This document shows, one piece after another, positions 24,201 to 38,000 of a stretch of DNA of 64,000 nt (position 1 is its first letter; every line of letters starts with the position of its first letter). Under the pieces are notes generated by a model that saw nothing but the letters and a program-made list of their open reading frames with translations, was not told where the DNA came from and searched no databases. Made by a program: the position numbers and the translations under genes. The stretch is from Haplodiscus bocki (taxonomy: Eukaryota). The stretch is taken from the NCBI GenBank assembly GCA_965655095.1, contig OZ296652.1:21328001-21392000 (forward strand), read 5' to 3'.

Positions 24201-27200
24201 TCCTGCTGTTTGTTGATCATCGTTGTAAAATTTATCCGTATTCGGTACTCGTGAGTCAATTTGCAAAATTTCTCACACCCTGTTGGGTCATCAAAAGTTT
24301 CATTTGCAGCAAAAGTTTATAAATTCAGCCCAACTTTGTAGAGCGAGGCAAGAGACTGTTTGGCTGTATTTCGCCCAAGACATTTTTTTTGAGAACCATT
24401 CGAGTAAGCAACGCTGCTAAAAAATCATGGCTGCTCCTATGTTGCGAGCAAAGTCATTTTTTATCAAAGCTAATCAAAGAACATGTCATTCATTTCAAGA
24501 TATCTCAATGGAAAACATCTACAAATTGAGAACAAAGGCCCTGTAAACCATGCCTCGAATTACTGTTTCTTATCTGTTTGCCAATACCATGCACTACATT
24601 TTGGGATAAACGATTGATCCGCTTGATTTTTTTGTCGGTCAACTTGTCGCCCTTTTGAAGCGCTTGTTCCCATCGATGATGTTTCGACAGTTTGTCTTCG
24701 CTTGAAAAGATAAAAGGTGCGCAATTTTTTTTTCTCATAACCAGATATGTGCTGTGAACATTGCAGTTTTTTCTCACAGATCACTTATTCTCATATGAAG
24801 CAGTCGTTTCTGTTATGGTCTTTCCTTTTATTGTATGAAGTAAGGAGCAAACCTTGCTACAAATTTCTCGACTTCCTTTTTTTTACACTGCCACAGTCAA
24901 GTTGCTTCGAACTCTACGTTTACTGCCCATGGATTTTATGAGCACTTTTTACAGGAACCGTCTCCCTTAAAACGAACGTACAAGTTAATTGTGAGGACCA
25001 TGCTATACAAAAGACAAAGGAAAGTAGAGTAATAAACAAGAGAATTGCTCAGTTGGCCCTTTGTATGGCGCCCAAAGACTCAACATCTCAACGAACTCCG
25101 AAGATGAACTCTCTCGACTTCTTTAGTCATCTCATTTTACTGCTGAATTATTAGTGTGCCCTTTTCCTTTGACCAGAGTTGGACATTATCAAAGAATTAA
25201 CTCGTCTTGAAAGCTGGAACTTGTTTTCGTGCAAATTGAAATCAAGATGTGTCTGTCAGGCTCAGGCACTTTTAGCCTCGGTACACTTTAAAACCTGTAT
25301 TGTGACCATAGACTCGACTAACTGGAACGATGAAAACACATTTTTTTTTATTTTAAAATTCTTTTGTGCATGTCTTTTAACCATATAGATTGTATATTGC
25401 CAGGTTTATTCCGGATCAGTTGAAAGAGTGCCATTTCTTCTCAGAGTCAGTTTTTTGATTTGGAAATTAACTGCTTTGTCATTGACAATGACCGATGGCT
25501 TCACGTTTTTCGTTCGAAGTCGTATTTGGGTGAAAGCATAATATTCGTTGCATCATTGTTTCTGAAGATCAGAATAATGAAACACGAGTAAAAGTTTTCC
25601 GGAAATTGTGCATTGGTAAAAATGTCGGTTTTCGACCGAACACGGAAGAGATTTTCTTCTGGTCAAAGCTCGTTCTTTTTTCAAACTAGAGTTATCTATA
25701 TAGTCGCTGCACAATTTTCCTGTTGTATGTTGATCATATTTGGAAAATTTATCCGTATTTGGTAGTCGTGAGTCATTTTGCAAAATCTTGCACACCCTGA
25801 TGAGTCATTGAAAGTTCCATTTACGACAAAAAATTCTATCTTCAGTCCAAATTTTTACAGCAAGGTAATAGATTGTTTGCCTGTAATTACACCATATCAT
25901 TTTGGTGGAGAACCATTGCAGCAGACAACGCTGTTGAAAAAACCAGGGCTGCTGCTTTGTTACAAGGAAATTCCTTTTCTATCCAAATTGCTCACAGAGC
26001 TCCTTGTTCACGTCCACAAAAACAAAAGAAAATGCAACTATATTTTGAGAAAAATTGCCCTGCAAACCATACTTCGAATTATTGTTCTTTGTTTTTTCAG
26101 GGTTACCATGTACCACTTCTTGGATAAAATGATTTTTCCACTTGATTTTTTTCTCAGACATTGTCGTCCTATCAGGAGAATTTGTTCCCCTTGATGAATT
26201 TTCTGCGACGGTATGTCTTTGTTTGAGATCATAAGGATTCGCTTTTTGTTTTTTCTTCTCATAACCCGATGTTTACTGTGATTAGTGAGGTTTTTTCTGA
26301 GAGTCCTCTTATCCTCATGTGAAGCAGTCTTTTGTTTAAGGTCCTTCCATATACGGTAAAAACAAAGTAGTAACCCTTGCTAAAAATTTTTCGCCCTTTT
26401 TGTATGAGAACCACAGTCAAGTTGCTACGATCCCTACATTTACTTCCCATGAATTTCCTAGACTTTGTTCAGTGAAACGTTTTTCCTTAATTAGATGGAA
26501 CATGTTAATTCGGAGGACTATGCTATACAAATTAAAAAGAAGAGTTGAGTAATACACAGGACAAATGCTCTGTTAGGCCTCTGTACAGCGCTAAAAACTC
26601 AACCTCTCAACGAACTCACAAGTTGAACTCCCTCTACTTCTTTAGTCATCTCAACTTACCGCTGAAAGATTAGTGTGCATTTTTTTGACAACAAATGGAC
26701 AATATTGAACAATTAACTCCTCTTAAAAACTGGAAACTGCTTTCGTGCAAATTGAAGTCATCTTCCCTCAGCAACCTTTTGCCCTGGTAAACATGAAAAC
26801 CTGCAATTTGACTCTGGACTCCACTAGTTGGATTAGTAAAAACAAATAAAACACTATTGTAAAAGTTTTCCGTGCATGTCTAATCTTTTAGCCATAAAGG
26901 TTGTGTATTCTTGGGTTTATCAAGGCATCAGATGAAAGAAAGCCATTCATTCTGAAAATCGATTTTTTTTTATTTTGAAGTAGATTGTTAATTTCAGAGT
27001 CAATGTCCGTTGGCTTCCGTTTTTTGTTCGTAGTCGTACTTGGGTAAAAGCATAATATTCCTCGGCTAAGCGTTTCCGAATACCAGAATAACGGAAGATG
27101 ACTATAAGTTTTCCGGAAGTTGTGCATTGTTAAAAATGTCGGTCATAGTCCAAAAACAGAAGAGGTTTTCTTTTGGTCATAGTTCGTTTTTGTTGGACCA

Positions 27201-30200
27201 GAGTCACCTATATAGCCGCTGCACATTTTCCATGCTGTATGTTGATCTTTTGCGAAATTCTGTCCCTCCTTGGTACTCGTGGATCAACTTGCAAAATCTT
27301 TCAAATCCTAATTGGCCATCAAACGTTTCTTTTACGATAAAAGTGTATAAATTCAGACCTAACTTGTGCAGCGGGTTAATAGACTGGTTGGCTGTAATTT
27401 GCCGAGGTCATTTTGGTTTTTCAAAATTCGAGCAGACAACGCTGTTTAGAAAATCATGGTTTCTGCTGTGTTGCAAGCAAAGTCCGTTTTTTTATCCAGG
27501 TTCATTAGAGAACTTGTTGTTCACTTCCGCATATCACAAAGAAAAACACTTATATAGTGGAAAAATTGCTTTGCGAGCGCTACTTCGAATCACAGTTCCT
27601 TATCTGATTGCCGAAACCAAGCACTACTTCATGGGGAAAACGATTGTTCCACTTGATTTCATTTTCAAGTCAAGTTGTCGCCCTCTGAGGAAATTTTGTT
27701 CCCTATTGAATATTTTCTCAGTCAGTATGTCTTCGATTGAGTTGACAAAATGTTGGCAATTTGTTTTTTTTCTCATAACAAGATGTGTGCTGGGAACGAT
27801 GCATTGTTTTCTGAGAAGCCACTTCTTCTCATGTGAAGGAGTCCTTTCTTTATAGTTCTCTCCGTATATGTTATAAAGTGAGGAGTAACTCTTGCTGAAA
27901 AACTTTTGCTTTTTTTTATGTTAAAAGGCCACAGTCATTTTGCTACGACCTCTACGTTTAATTTCCATTAACTTTCTTAACGTTAGTCATTTTTCATCCT
28001 CCCGTAATTAGAAGTTTTTTTTCACATCAGATGACGATATTATACAAAAGACAAAAAATCGTGGAGTATTATAAAAGACAAATGGTCAGTTTCCAGTTGT
28101 ACAGCGTTAGAAGACTCAGTTCTCAACGAACTCTCAAAATGAACTCCCTCTTCTTATTCAATCATCTCAAATTACTGCTGATTTTTGAGCGTGCACCCTT
28201 CTTTGACAACAAAGTGACTTTATCAAAGAAGTAACTCCTCCTAAAAGGTGGAATTTGTTTTCGTGCAAGTTGAAGTCAAGTTGTGTGCCTCAGGCACTTT
28301 TTTGCCCGAAAAACTTTAAAGCCCGTAGTGTGACTCTGGACTCCAGTAGCTGGATCGGTAAAACGGAAAATCTCCTTTTTTAAAATCCTTTCGTGAATGT
28401 TTAATATTTTAATCAAGTAGATTGTGTATTGCTACGTTTGATCCGCATAATTATAAAGAATGCCATTTGCTCTGAAAATCAGTCTTTTCATTGTGACAGC
28501 GACTGTTTTTTCCAGAGACAAAGTTTGATGGCTGAAATTTTTCGTTCGTAGTCGTGCTTGTGTTAAAGCATATTATTCACAGGGTCAGTGATTCCAAATA
28601 CCAGAAGACGACTATAAGTTTTCCGGAATTTTTCCATGGGTAAAAATTTTGGTTTTGGACGAAACAGTGAAGAGAATGTTTTCTGTTCAAGGGGTCGTTT
28701 TTGTCGAACCAGGGTCACTTATATAGTCGTTGCACGCTTTTCCCGCTGTATGTTGATCATCTTTTAATTTTATCCGTATTCGGTTTTCGTGAGTCAATTT
28801 GCAAGATTACTTACATCCTGTTTGGTTATCAAAAGATCCATCTCCAGCAAAAAATTGTAACTTCAGCCCAATTTCGTACAGCGAGTTAAGATACTGTTTG
28901 GTTGTACTTCGCCCAAGACATTTTTTTGAGAACCGTTCGAGTAAGCAACGCTGTTAAAAAAACCATGGCTGCTCCTATGTTGCGAGAAAAGTCCTTTTTT
29001 ATCCAGGTTATTCAGAGTACTTGTCGTTCACTTCAAGATATCTCAATGGAAAACATCTACAAATTGAGAACGAAGGCCCCTTAAACCATGCCTCGAATTA
29101 CTATTTCTTTTCTGCTTGCTGTTACCATGCACTACTTTTTGGAATAAACGATTGTTCCGCTTGATTTTATTTTCCCTCAACTTGGCACCCTTTCAGGAGA
29201 TTCTGTTCGCTTTCAGTTTGTCTTTGCTTGAGAGGATAAAATTTTCGCACTTTGTTTTTTTCTCATAACCAGATGTGTGCTGTGAACGATGCATTTTTTC
29301 GAGAGTCCACTTATTCTCATGCGAAGAAGTCCTTTCGCTTAAGATCTTTCCATATGAAGTATACGGTAACTAGTAACCCTTGCTACATTGTTTTGGCCCT
29401 TATTTGTTTTTTATTGCAACAGTCAAGTTGCTACGGTCTCTACGTTTACTTCCCATGACTTTCTCAAACCCTCTTCACTGAAACGTTTTTCCGGAATTAG
29501 AACAAACAATGTACTTCGGGAGACTATGCTATACAAAGGAAAATTAGAGTAAAAAACAGGACAATTGGGTCTTTTGGGCATTTGTGCAACGTTTAAACAC
29601 TCAACTTCTCAACGAACTCCCAAAACGAATTCTCTCTACTTCTTCAGTTATCTCAAACTACTGCTGAATTAAGAGTGTGCGTTTTTCTTTGGCAACAAAT
29701 GGACACTATCGAACATTTAACTCCCCTCAGAAACTGGAACTTATTTTCGTGCAAATTGGAGTCAAGTTTTGTCTGTCAAGCTCCATTTACCCTGACAACG
29801 TTTAAAACCAGTATTTTGACTCTGGACTCCACTACCTGGATTGGTGGGAGAACAAATTCTGTTTTCTTAAAGTTCTTTTGGACACGTCCGTTTTTCAACC
29901 ACATAGATTGTGTTTTACTAGGTTTGATCCGCATCAGTTTAATGAATGCCATTCATTCTGAAAATCATTTTTTTTATTTTGAAGCAGACTGTTAATTTCA
30001 GAGACAAAGTCCGATGGCTTAGGTATTTTGTTCGTAGACATGTTTAGGTAAAGGTATAATATTCGTCGGCTGAGTTTTTCCGAATACCAGAAAAAAGAAA
30101 GACGAGTGTAGGTTCTCCGGAACTTGTCTATTGGCAATTTTCCCGGTTTTCGTTCAAACACGGAAGACATTTTCTTCCGGTCGAGGTTCAATTTTGTCGA

Positions 30201-32050
30201 ACCAGTGCCATCGAAAAGTTTGCTGCACAGTTTTGTTGCTGTCTGTTGATAATTTTTGAAAAAAAATATGCGTATTTGGTACTCGTGAATCATCTTGCAA
30301 AATCTTTTCCAACGTGATCGGTCATTAAAAGTAATGAGCTATTTCGCTTTATATCACCCGATCCATTTTTGTTTGAAAACCATTCCAGTGGACAGCGCTG
30401 TTGAAAAAACCATTGCTGCTGATATGTTACAAGCAAAATTTTTTTAAAATCCCAGTTACTCACAAAGCTCGTTGTTCACTTCCACATATTACGATGGAAG
30501 ACATCTACATATTCAGCAGAATTGTCTTGCAAATCATACTTTGAATTACTGTTCATTATCTGATTGCCGTCACTTTGCAGTACTTCTTAGGGAAAACGAT
30601 TGTTCCGCTTGATTTCGTTTCTGAGACTGCTTTTTGCCCTTTTAGGAGAATTTGTTGCTCTGGATGATTTCTCCCAGACAGTAAGTCTTTGCTTGAGATG
30701 ATTAAACTTTCGCACTTTGTTTTGTTCCCCAAATCAGATTGTTATTATGAACAATGCAGTTTTTTCGACAGTAGTTTTTTTCTGGCGTGAAGCAGTTGTT
30801 TCTTTTAAAGGTTTTCCATATACTGTATAAAATAAAGAGTAACGCTGGTTTGGAAACTTTTGCTTTCAGTTATTTAGCAATGCCACACTCAAGTTGCTAC
30901 GATCTCTACGTTTACTTCCCATCACTTTCCTATACACTGTTCATTGGAACATTTTCTCGTATTTAGAACGAACCAGTTAATTCGGTGGACTATGCTATAA
31001 AAAGACAAAGAAGAGTAGAATAATATCAAGGACAAATGCACTGTTGGGCATTTGTACAGCACTAAAAGGCTCAACTTCTCAAAGAACTCACCGGGTGAGC
31101 TGTCTCTACTTCTTTAGCTATCTCAAATCACTGCTGAATTAAAAGTGTACACGTTTCTTTGACGGCAGATGGACATTATCGAACAATTAACTCCTCTTAG
31201 AAACCGGAACTTGTTATCGTGCAAATTGAAGTCCAGTTGTGTCTGTCAAATACCTTTTGCCCTGAAAAAGTTTTACAAACCAGTATTGTGACTCTGGACT
31301 CCACTACCTGGATTGGTGTAAAAACAAATTCTGTTTTCTCTAGAATTCTAGAATTCCTTTGTGCGTGTCTAATTTTCAAGCAGATAGATTGTGTTTTGGT
31401 AGGATTGATCCCCATCACTTAAAACAATGCTATCCATTCAGGAAGTCAGTTTTTTTGTTTCTAAAAAGAGTTTGTCATTTTCAAAGGCAATGTATGAGGG
31501 CTTAGGTATTTTAGTCGTAGTCATTTTTGGCTAAAAGTATAGTGATAATTGGCTCAAAGTTTCCAAATACCAAAATAACCGGAGACCACAGTAGGTTTTC
31601 TGGAATTTGTGTATTGGTAAAAATCTCGCTTCTCGTCCTGCTGTATATTGAGCATTTTTCGAGTTTTTATCCGTGTTTGGGACTCGTGAATCAATTTGCA
31701 AAACCTTTTACATCCAGACTGGTATGAAAAGCTCCTTTTGCGGTAAAATTCTATAACTGTAGCCCGTATTTGTACAGCGAGTTAAGAGATTGTTCGGCCG
31801 TAATTCGCGAAAGTCATTTTTGTTCGAGAACCATTCGAGTAGACAACGCTGTTGGGAAAACCATGGCTGCGGCTATGTTACGAGCAAAAACTTTTCTAAT
31901 TGCAGGATTTCTACAAAGCTTGTTGTTCATTTCTCCGTATCACAACGAGAAACATCTACAAATTCAGAAGAATTGGATTGCAAATCATACTTGGAATTAA
32001 TGTTCCGAATCTGATTGCCGTCACTATGCACAACTTCTTGGGGAAAATGA
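18262..32050 (+). repeat. Diverged edge layer of the array (~9 monomers)
   Basis: Neighbouring monomers differ by many substitutions and deletions; the period varies from ~1400 to ~1540 bp. Confidence 0.9.
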
Positions 32051-35000
32051 TTGCTCCACTTGATTTCACTTCTCAGACAGCTTGTCGCCTTTCTAGGAGA
32101 ACTTGTTCCCCTGGATGATTTTTCTCAGACAGCATGTCTTCTCTTGAGATTTTAAAAGTTTCGCAAGTTGCTTTTTTTCAAAACCAGGTGTGTATTGTGA
32201 ACAATGCAGTTTCTACTGACAGTCCTCTTATTCTTGTGTGAAGCAGACTTTTCTTTTAAGGTACTTCCATTTACGGCAGAAAGAAATTAGTAACCCGTGC
32301 TACAAATTTTTTGCCCTTGTTTGTTTTTGATTTTCACAGTCAAGTTGCTAAGATCTCTATGTTTGCTTCCCATGAATTTACTGAACACCGTTCACTGTAA
32401 CGCTTTCCCTTACTTAGAACGAACAAGTCAATCCAGCGGACTTAGCTATCCAAAAGACAAGGAAAAGTAAAGTAATATACATAAAATGTGCCCAGTTGGG
32501 CCTTTCTACAGCACTAAAAGACTCAACCTCTCTACGAACCCCCAAGATCAACTCTCTCTGTTTTCCTAGTCATCTCAAATTACTGCTGAAATATGAGTGT
32601 GCACTTTTCTTTGACAACAAAGATACCTTTTCCAACAGTTGACTCCTCCTAAAAACGGAACTTGTTTTCGTGCCAGTTGAAGTCAAGGTTGAGACTCATA
32701 AACTTTTTGCCCAGGTAAATGTTACAGCCTCTATTGTGAGTTCAGACACCATTAGGTGGATCGGTAACAACGCATGACATAATTTTTCAAAATAATCTGT
32801 GCTTGTCTAATATTTTAACCATATAGGTTGTTCATTGCTAAGTTTGTTCCGCATCAGTTAAGATAATGCTTTTTTTCTGAAAATCACTTTTTTGTCTTTG
32901 AAGGAGACTTTTAAATTCACAGGCAAGGTCTGATTGCTTAGGTTTTTTGTTCGTAGTCATCAATTGGAAAAAGTTGTAATTCGTTGGCGGAGTGTTTCCG
33001 AATACCAGATTAACGAAAGACGACTATATAAACGTCTTCCGGTAATTGTTTTTTTTTCTAAAACTGTTGGTTTTCGTCCATACATGGAACATATTTTCTT
33101 CTGGTCATGGTTCGATTTTGTCGAACCAGTGTCACCGATATAATTGCTGCACCATTTTCTTGTTGTATGTTGACAAATTTTGTAAAATGCATCCGTATTT
33201 GGTGCTCGTGAATCACCTTGCAATTTTTTTTGCAACTTGATTGGTCATCAAAAGTTCTATTTACGGAAGAAATCTACAATTTCAGGCCATAGTTGTACAG
33301 CGAAGTAATGGCCTGTTTGGCTTTATTTCACATAATTCAGTTTTGTTTTGAAACCATTCCAGTAGACAACACTGTTAAAAAAACCATTGCTGCTGATATG
33401 TTATAAGCAAAATCATTTTTTAAATCCAAATTAGTCACAAAAATCGTTGTTCACTTCCACATATCATAATAAAAAACATCTACATTTTTATCAGAAATGC
33501 CTTGCAAATCTTACTTAGGATTATTGTTCTTTTTGTGATTGCCGTCACTATGCACTACTTCTTGGGGAAAAGTATTGCTCCGCTGGATTGCATTTCTCAG
33601 ACAGCTTGTCGCACTTTTAGGAGACCTTGTTCCCCTGGATGATTTTTCTCAGACAGCATGTCTTCTTTTGAGATTTTAAAAGTTTCGCAAGTTGCTTTTT
33701 TTCAAAACCAGGTGTGTATTGTGAACAATGCAGTTTCTACTGACAGTCCTCTTATTCTTGTGTGAAGCAGACTTTTCTTTTAAGGTACTTCCATTTACGG
33801 CAGAAAGAAATTAGTAACCCGTGCTACAAATTTTTTGCCCTTGTTTGTTTTTGATTATCACAGTCAAGTTGCTAAGATCTCTATGTTTACTTCCCATGAA
33901 TTTACTGAACACCGTTCACTGTAACGCTTTCCCTTACTTAGAACGAACAAGTCAATCCAGAGGACTTAGCTATCCAAAAGACAAGGAAGAGTAAAGTAAT
34001 ATACATAAAATATGCCCAGTTGGGCCTTTCTACAGCACTAAAAGACTCAACCTCTCTACGAACCCCCAAGATCAACTCTCTCTGTTTTCCTAGTCATCTC
34101 AAATTACTGCTGAAATATGAGTGTGCACTTTTCTTTGACAACAAAGAGACCTTTTCCAACAGTTGACTCCTCCTAAAAACGGAACTTGTTTTCGTGCCAG
34201 TTGAAGTCAAGGTTGAGACTCATAAACTTTTTGCCCAGGTAAATGTTACAGCCTCTATTGTGAGTTCAGACACCATTAGGTGGATCGGTAACAACGCATG
34301 ACATAATTTTTCAAAATAATCTGTGCTTGTCTAATATTTTAACCATATAGGTTGTTCATTGCTAAGTTTGTTCCGCATCAGTTAAGATAATGCTTTTTTT
34401 CTGAAAATCACTTTTTTGTCTTTGAAGGAGACTTTTAAATTCACAGGCAAGGTCTGATTGCTTAGGTTTTTTGTTCGTAGTCATCAATTGGAAAAAGTTG
34501 TAATTCGTTGGCGGAGTGTTTCCGAATACCAGATTAACGAAAGACGACTATATAAACGTCTTCCGGTAATTGTTTTTTTTTGTAAAACTGTTGGTTTTCG
34601 TCCATACATGGAACATATTTTCTTCTGGTCATGGTTCGATTTTGTCGAACCAGTGTCACCGATATAATTGCTGCACCATTTTCTTGTTGTATGTTGACAA
34701 ATTTTGTAAAATGCATCCGTATTTGGTGCTCGTGAATCACCTTGCAATTTTTTTTGCAACTTGATTGGTCATCAAAAGTTCTATTTACGGAAGAAATCTA
34801 CAATTTCAGGCCATAGTTGTACAGCGAAGTAATGGCCTGTTTGGCTTTATTTCACATAATTCAGTTTTGTTTTGAAACCATTCCAGTAGACAACACTGTT
34901 AAAAAAACCATTGCTGCTGATATGTTATAAGCAAAATCATTTTTTTAATCCAAATTAGTCACAAAAATCGTTGTTCACTTCCACATATCATAATAAAAAA

Positions 35001-38000
35001 CATCTACATTTTTATCAGAAATGCCTTGCAAATCTTACTTAGGATTATTGTTCTTTTTGTGATTGCCGTCACTATGCACTACTTCTTGGGGAAAAGTATT
35101 GCTCCGCTGGATTGCATTTCTCAGACAGCTTGTCGCACTTTTAGGAGACCTTGTTCCCCTGGATGATTTTTCTCAGACAGCATGTCTTCTCTTGAGATTT
35201 TAAAAGTTTCGCAAGATGCTTTTTTTCAAAACCAGGTGTGTATTGTGAACAATGCAGTTTCTACTGACAGTCCTCTTATTCTTGTGTGAAGCAGACTTTT
35301 CTTTTAAGGTACTTCCATTTACGGCAGAAAGAAATTAGTAACCCGTGCTACAAATTTTTTGCCCTTGTTTGTTTTTGATTATCACAGTCAAAATGCTAAG
35401 ATCTCTATGTTTACTTCCCATGAATTTACTGAACACCGTTCACTGTAACGCTTTCCCTTACTTAGAACGAACAAGTCAATCCAGAGGACTTAGCTATCCA
35501 AAAGACAAGGAAGAGTAAAGTAATATACATAAAATATGCCCAGTTGGGCCTTTCTACAGCACTAAAAGACTCAACCTCTCTACGAACCCCCAAGATCAAC
35601 TCTCTCTGTTTTCCTAGTCATCTCAAATTACTGCTGAAATATGAGTGTGCACTTTTCTTTGACAACAAAGAGACCTTTTTCAACAGTTGACTCCTCCTAA
35701 AAACGGAACTTGTTTTCGTGCCAGTTGAAGTCAAGGTTGAGACTCATAAACTTTTTGCCCAGGTAAATGTTACAGCCTCTATTGTGAGTTCAGACACCAT
35801 TAGGTGGATCGGTAACAACGCATGACATAATTTTTCAAAATAATCTGTGCTTGTCTAATATTTTAACCATATAGGTTGTTCATTGCTAAGTTTGTTCCGC
35901 ATCAGTTAAGATAATGCTTTTTTTCTGAAAATCACTTTTTTGTCTTTGAAGGAGACTTTTAAATTCACAGGCAAGGTCTGATTGCTTAGGTTTTTTGTTC
36001 GTAGTCATCAATTGGAAAAAGTTGTAATTCGTTGGCGCAGTGTTTCCGAATACCAGATTAACGGAAGACGACTATATAAACGTCTTCCGGAAATTGTGTT
36101 TTTTTTGTAAAACTGTTGGTTTTCGTCCATACATGGAACATAATTTCTTCTGGTCATGGTTCGGTTTTGTCGAACCAGTGTCACCGATATAATTGCTGCA
36201 CCATTTTCTTGTTGTATGTTGACAAATTTTGTAAAATTCATCCGTATTTGGTGCTCGTGAATCACCTTGCAATTTTTTTTGCAACTTGATTGGTCATCAA
36301 AAGTTCTATTTACGGAAGAAATCTACAATTTCAGGCCATAGTTGTACAGCGAAGTAATGGCCTGTTTGGCTTTATTTCACATAATTCAGTTTTGTTTTCA
36401 AACCATTCCAGTAGACAACACTGTTAAAAAAGACAATGCTGCTGATATGTTACAATCAAAATCAGTTTTTTAAATGCAAGTTAGTCACAAAGTTCGTTGT
36501 TCACTTCAACATATCACAATAAAAAACATCTACATATTTAGCAGAAATGCCTTGCAAATCTTACTTGGAAATATTGTTCCTTATCTGATTGCCGTCACTA
36601 TGCACTACTTCTTGGGGAAAAGGATTGCTCCACTTGATTTCGTTTCTCAGACAGTTTTCGACATTTTAAGAGAACTTGTTCCCCTGGACTAGTTTCTCAG
36701 ACAGCAAGTCTTCCCTCAAAATTTTAGAAGTTTCGCAACTTGCCTTTTTCTCAAAACCAATTGTAAATTGTGAACAATGCAGTTTCTTCTGACAGACCTT
36801 TTATTCTTGTGTGAAGCAGTCTTTTATTTTAAGATCCTTCCATATACGGCAGAAAGAAATTAGTAACCCTTGCTACAAATTTTTCGCCCTTATTTGTTTT
36901 TGATTACCACAGTCAAGTTGCTAAGATCTCTACGTTTACTTCCCATGAATTTACTGAACACTGTTCATTGTAACGCTTTCCTTTGCTTAGAACGCACAAG
37001 TCAATCCAGAGGACTATGGTATCCAAAAGACAAGGAAGAGTAAAGTAATATACATGAAATATGCCCAGTTGGGCCTTTCTACAGCACTAAAAGACTCAAC
37101 CTCTCTACGGACTCCCAACATCAACTCTCTCTGATTCTTTAGTCTTCTCAAATTACTGCTGAAACATGAGTGTGCACTTTTCTTTGTCAACAAAGAGACC
37201 TTATCCTACAGTTGACTCCTCCTAAAAACGGAACCTGTTTTCGTGCCAGTTGAAGTCAATGTTGTGACTCAGGCACTTTTTACCCTGGCAAATGTTACAG
37301 CCTGTATTGTGAGTCTAGACACCATTAGTTGCATCGGTAACAACACATGGCCAAATATTTCAAAATATTCTGTGCATGTCTAATATTTTAACCATATAAG
37401 TTGTTCATTGCTATGTTCGTTCCGCATCAGTTAAGATAATGCCATTTTTTCGGAAATTATTTTTTTGTTTTTTGAAGGAGATTTTTAAATTCAGAGACAA
37501 TGTCTAATTGCTTAGATTTTTTGTTCGTAGTCATCAATTGGAAAAAATACGTAATTCGTTGGCTGAGTGTTTCCGAATACCAGATTAACGAAAGACGACT
37601 ATATAAACGTCTTCCGGAAATTGTTCTTTTTTGGTAAAACTGTTGGTTTTCGTCCGGACATGGAACAGATTTTCTTCTGGCCAAGGTTCGATTTTGTCGA
37701 TCCAGTGTCACCGATAAATTTGCTGCACTGTTTTCTTGCTGTATGTTGATAACTTTTGTAAAGTAAATCCTTATTTGGTGCTCGTGAATCAACTTGGAAT
37801 TTTTTTTGCAACTTGATTGGTCATCAAAAGTTCTATTTGAGGAAAAATTCTACAATTTCAGGCCAAAATTGTACCGCGAAGTAATGGCCTGTTTGGCTTT
37901 AATTCACCGAATTCATTTTTGTTTTGAAACCATTCCAGTAGACAACACTGTTTAAAAAACCATTGCTGCTGATATGTTATAAGCAAAATCATTTTTTTAA

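Noticed and set aside
27127-27855. 242-aa ORF in one diverged monomer
   Set aside because: The equivalent region has stops or frameshifts in the other monomers; the F/L/S-rich composition is typical of T-rich non-coding DNA.
32980-32996. CENP-B-box-like TTCGTTGG in many monomers
   Set aside because: Matches only the first half of YTTCGTTGGAARCGGGA; the essential A and CGGG positions are missing.
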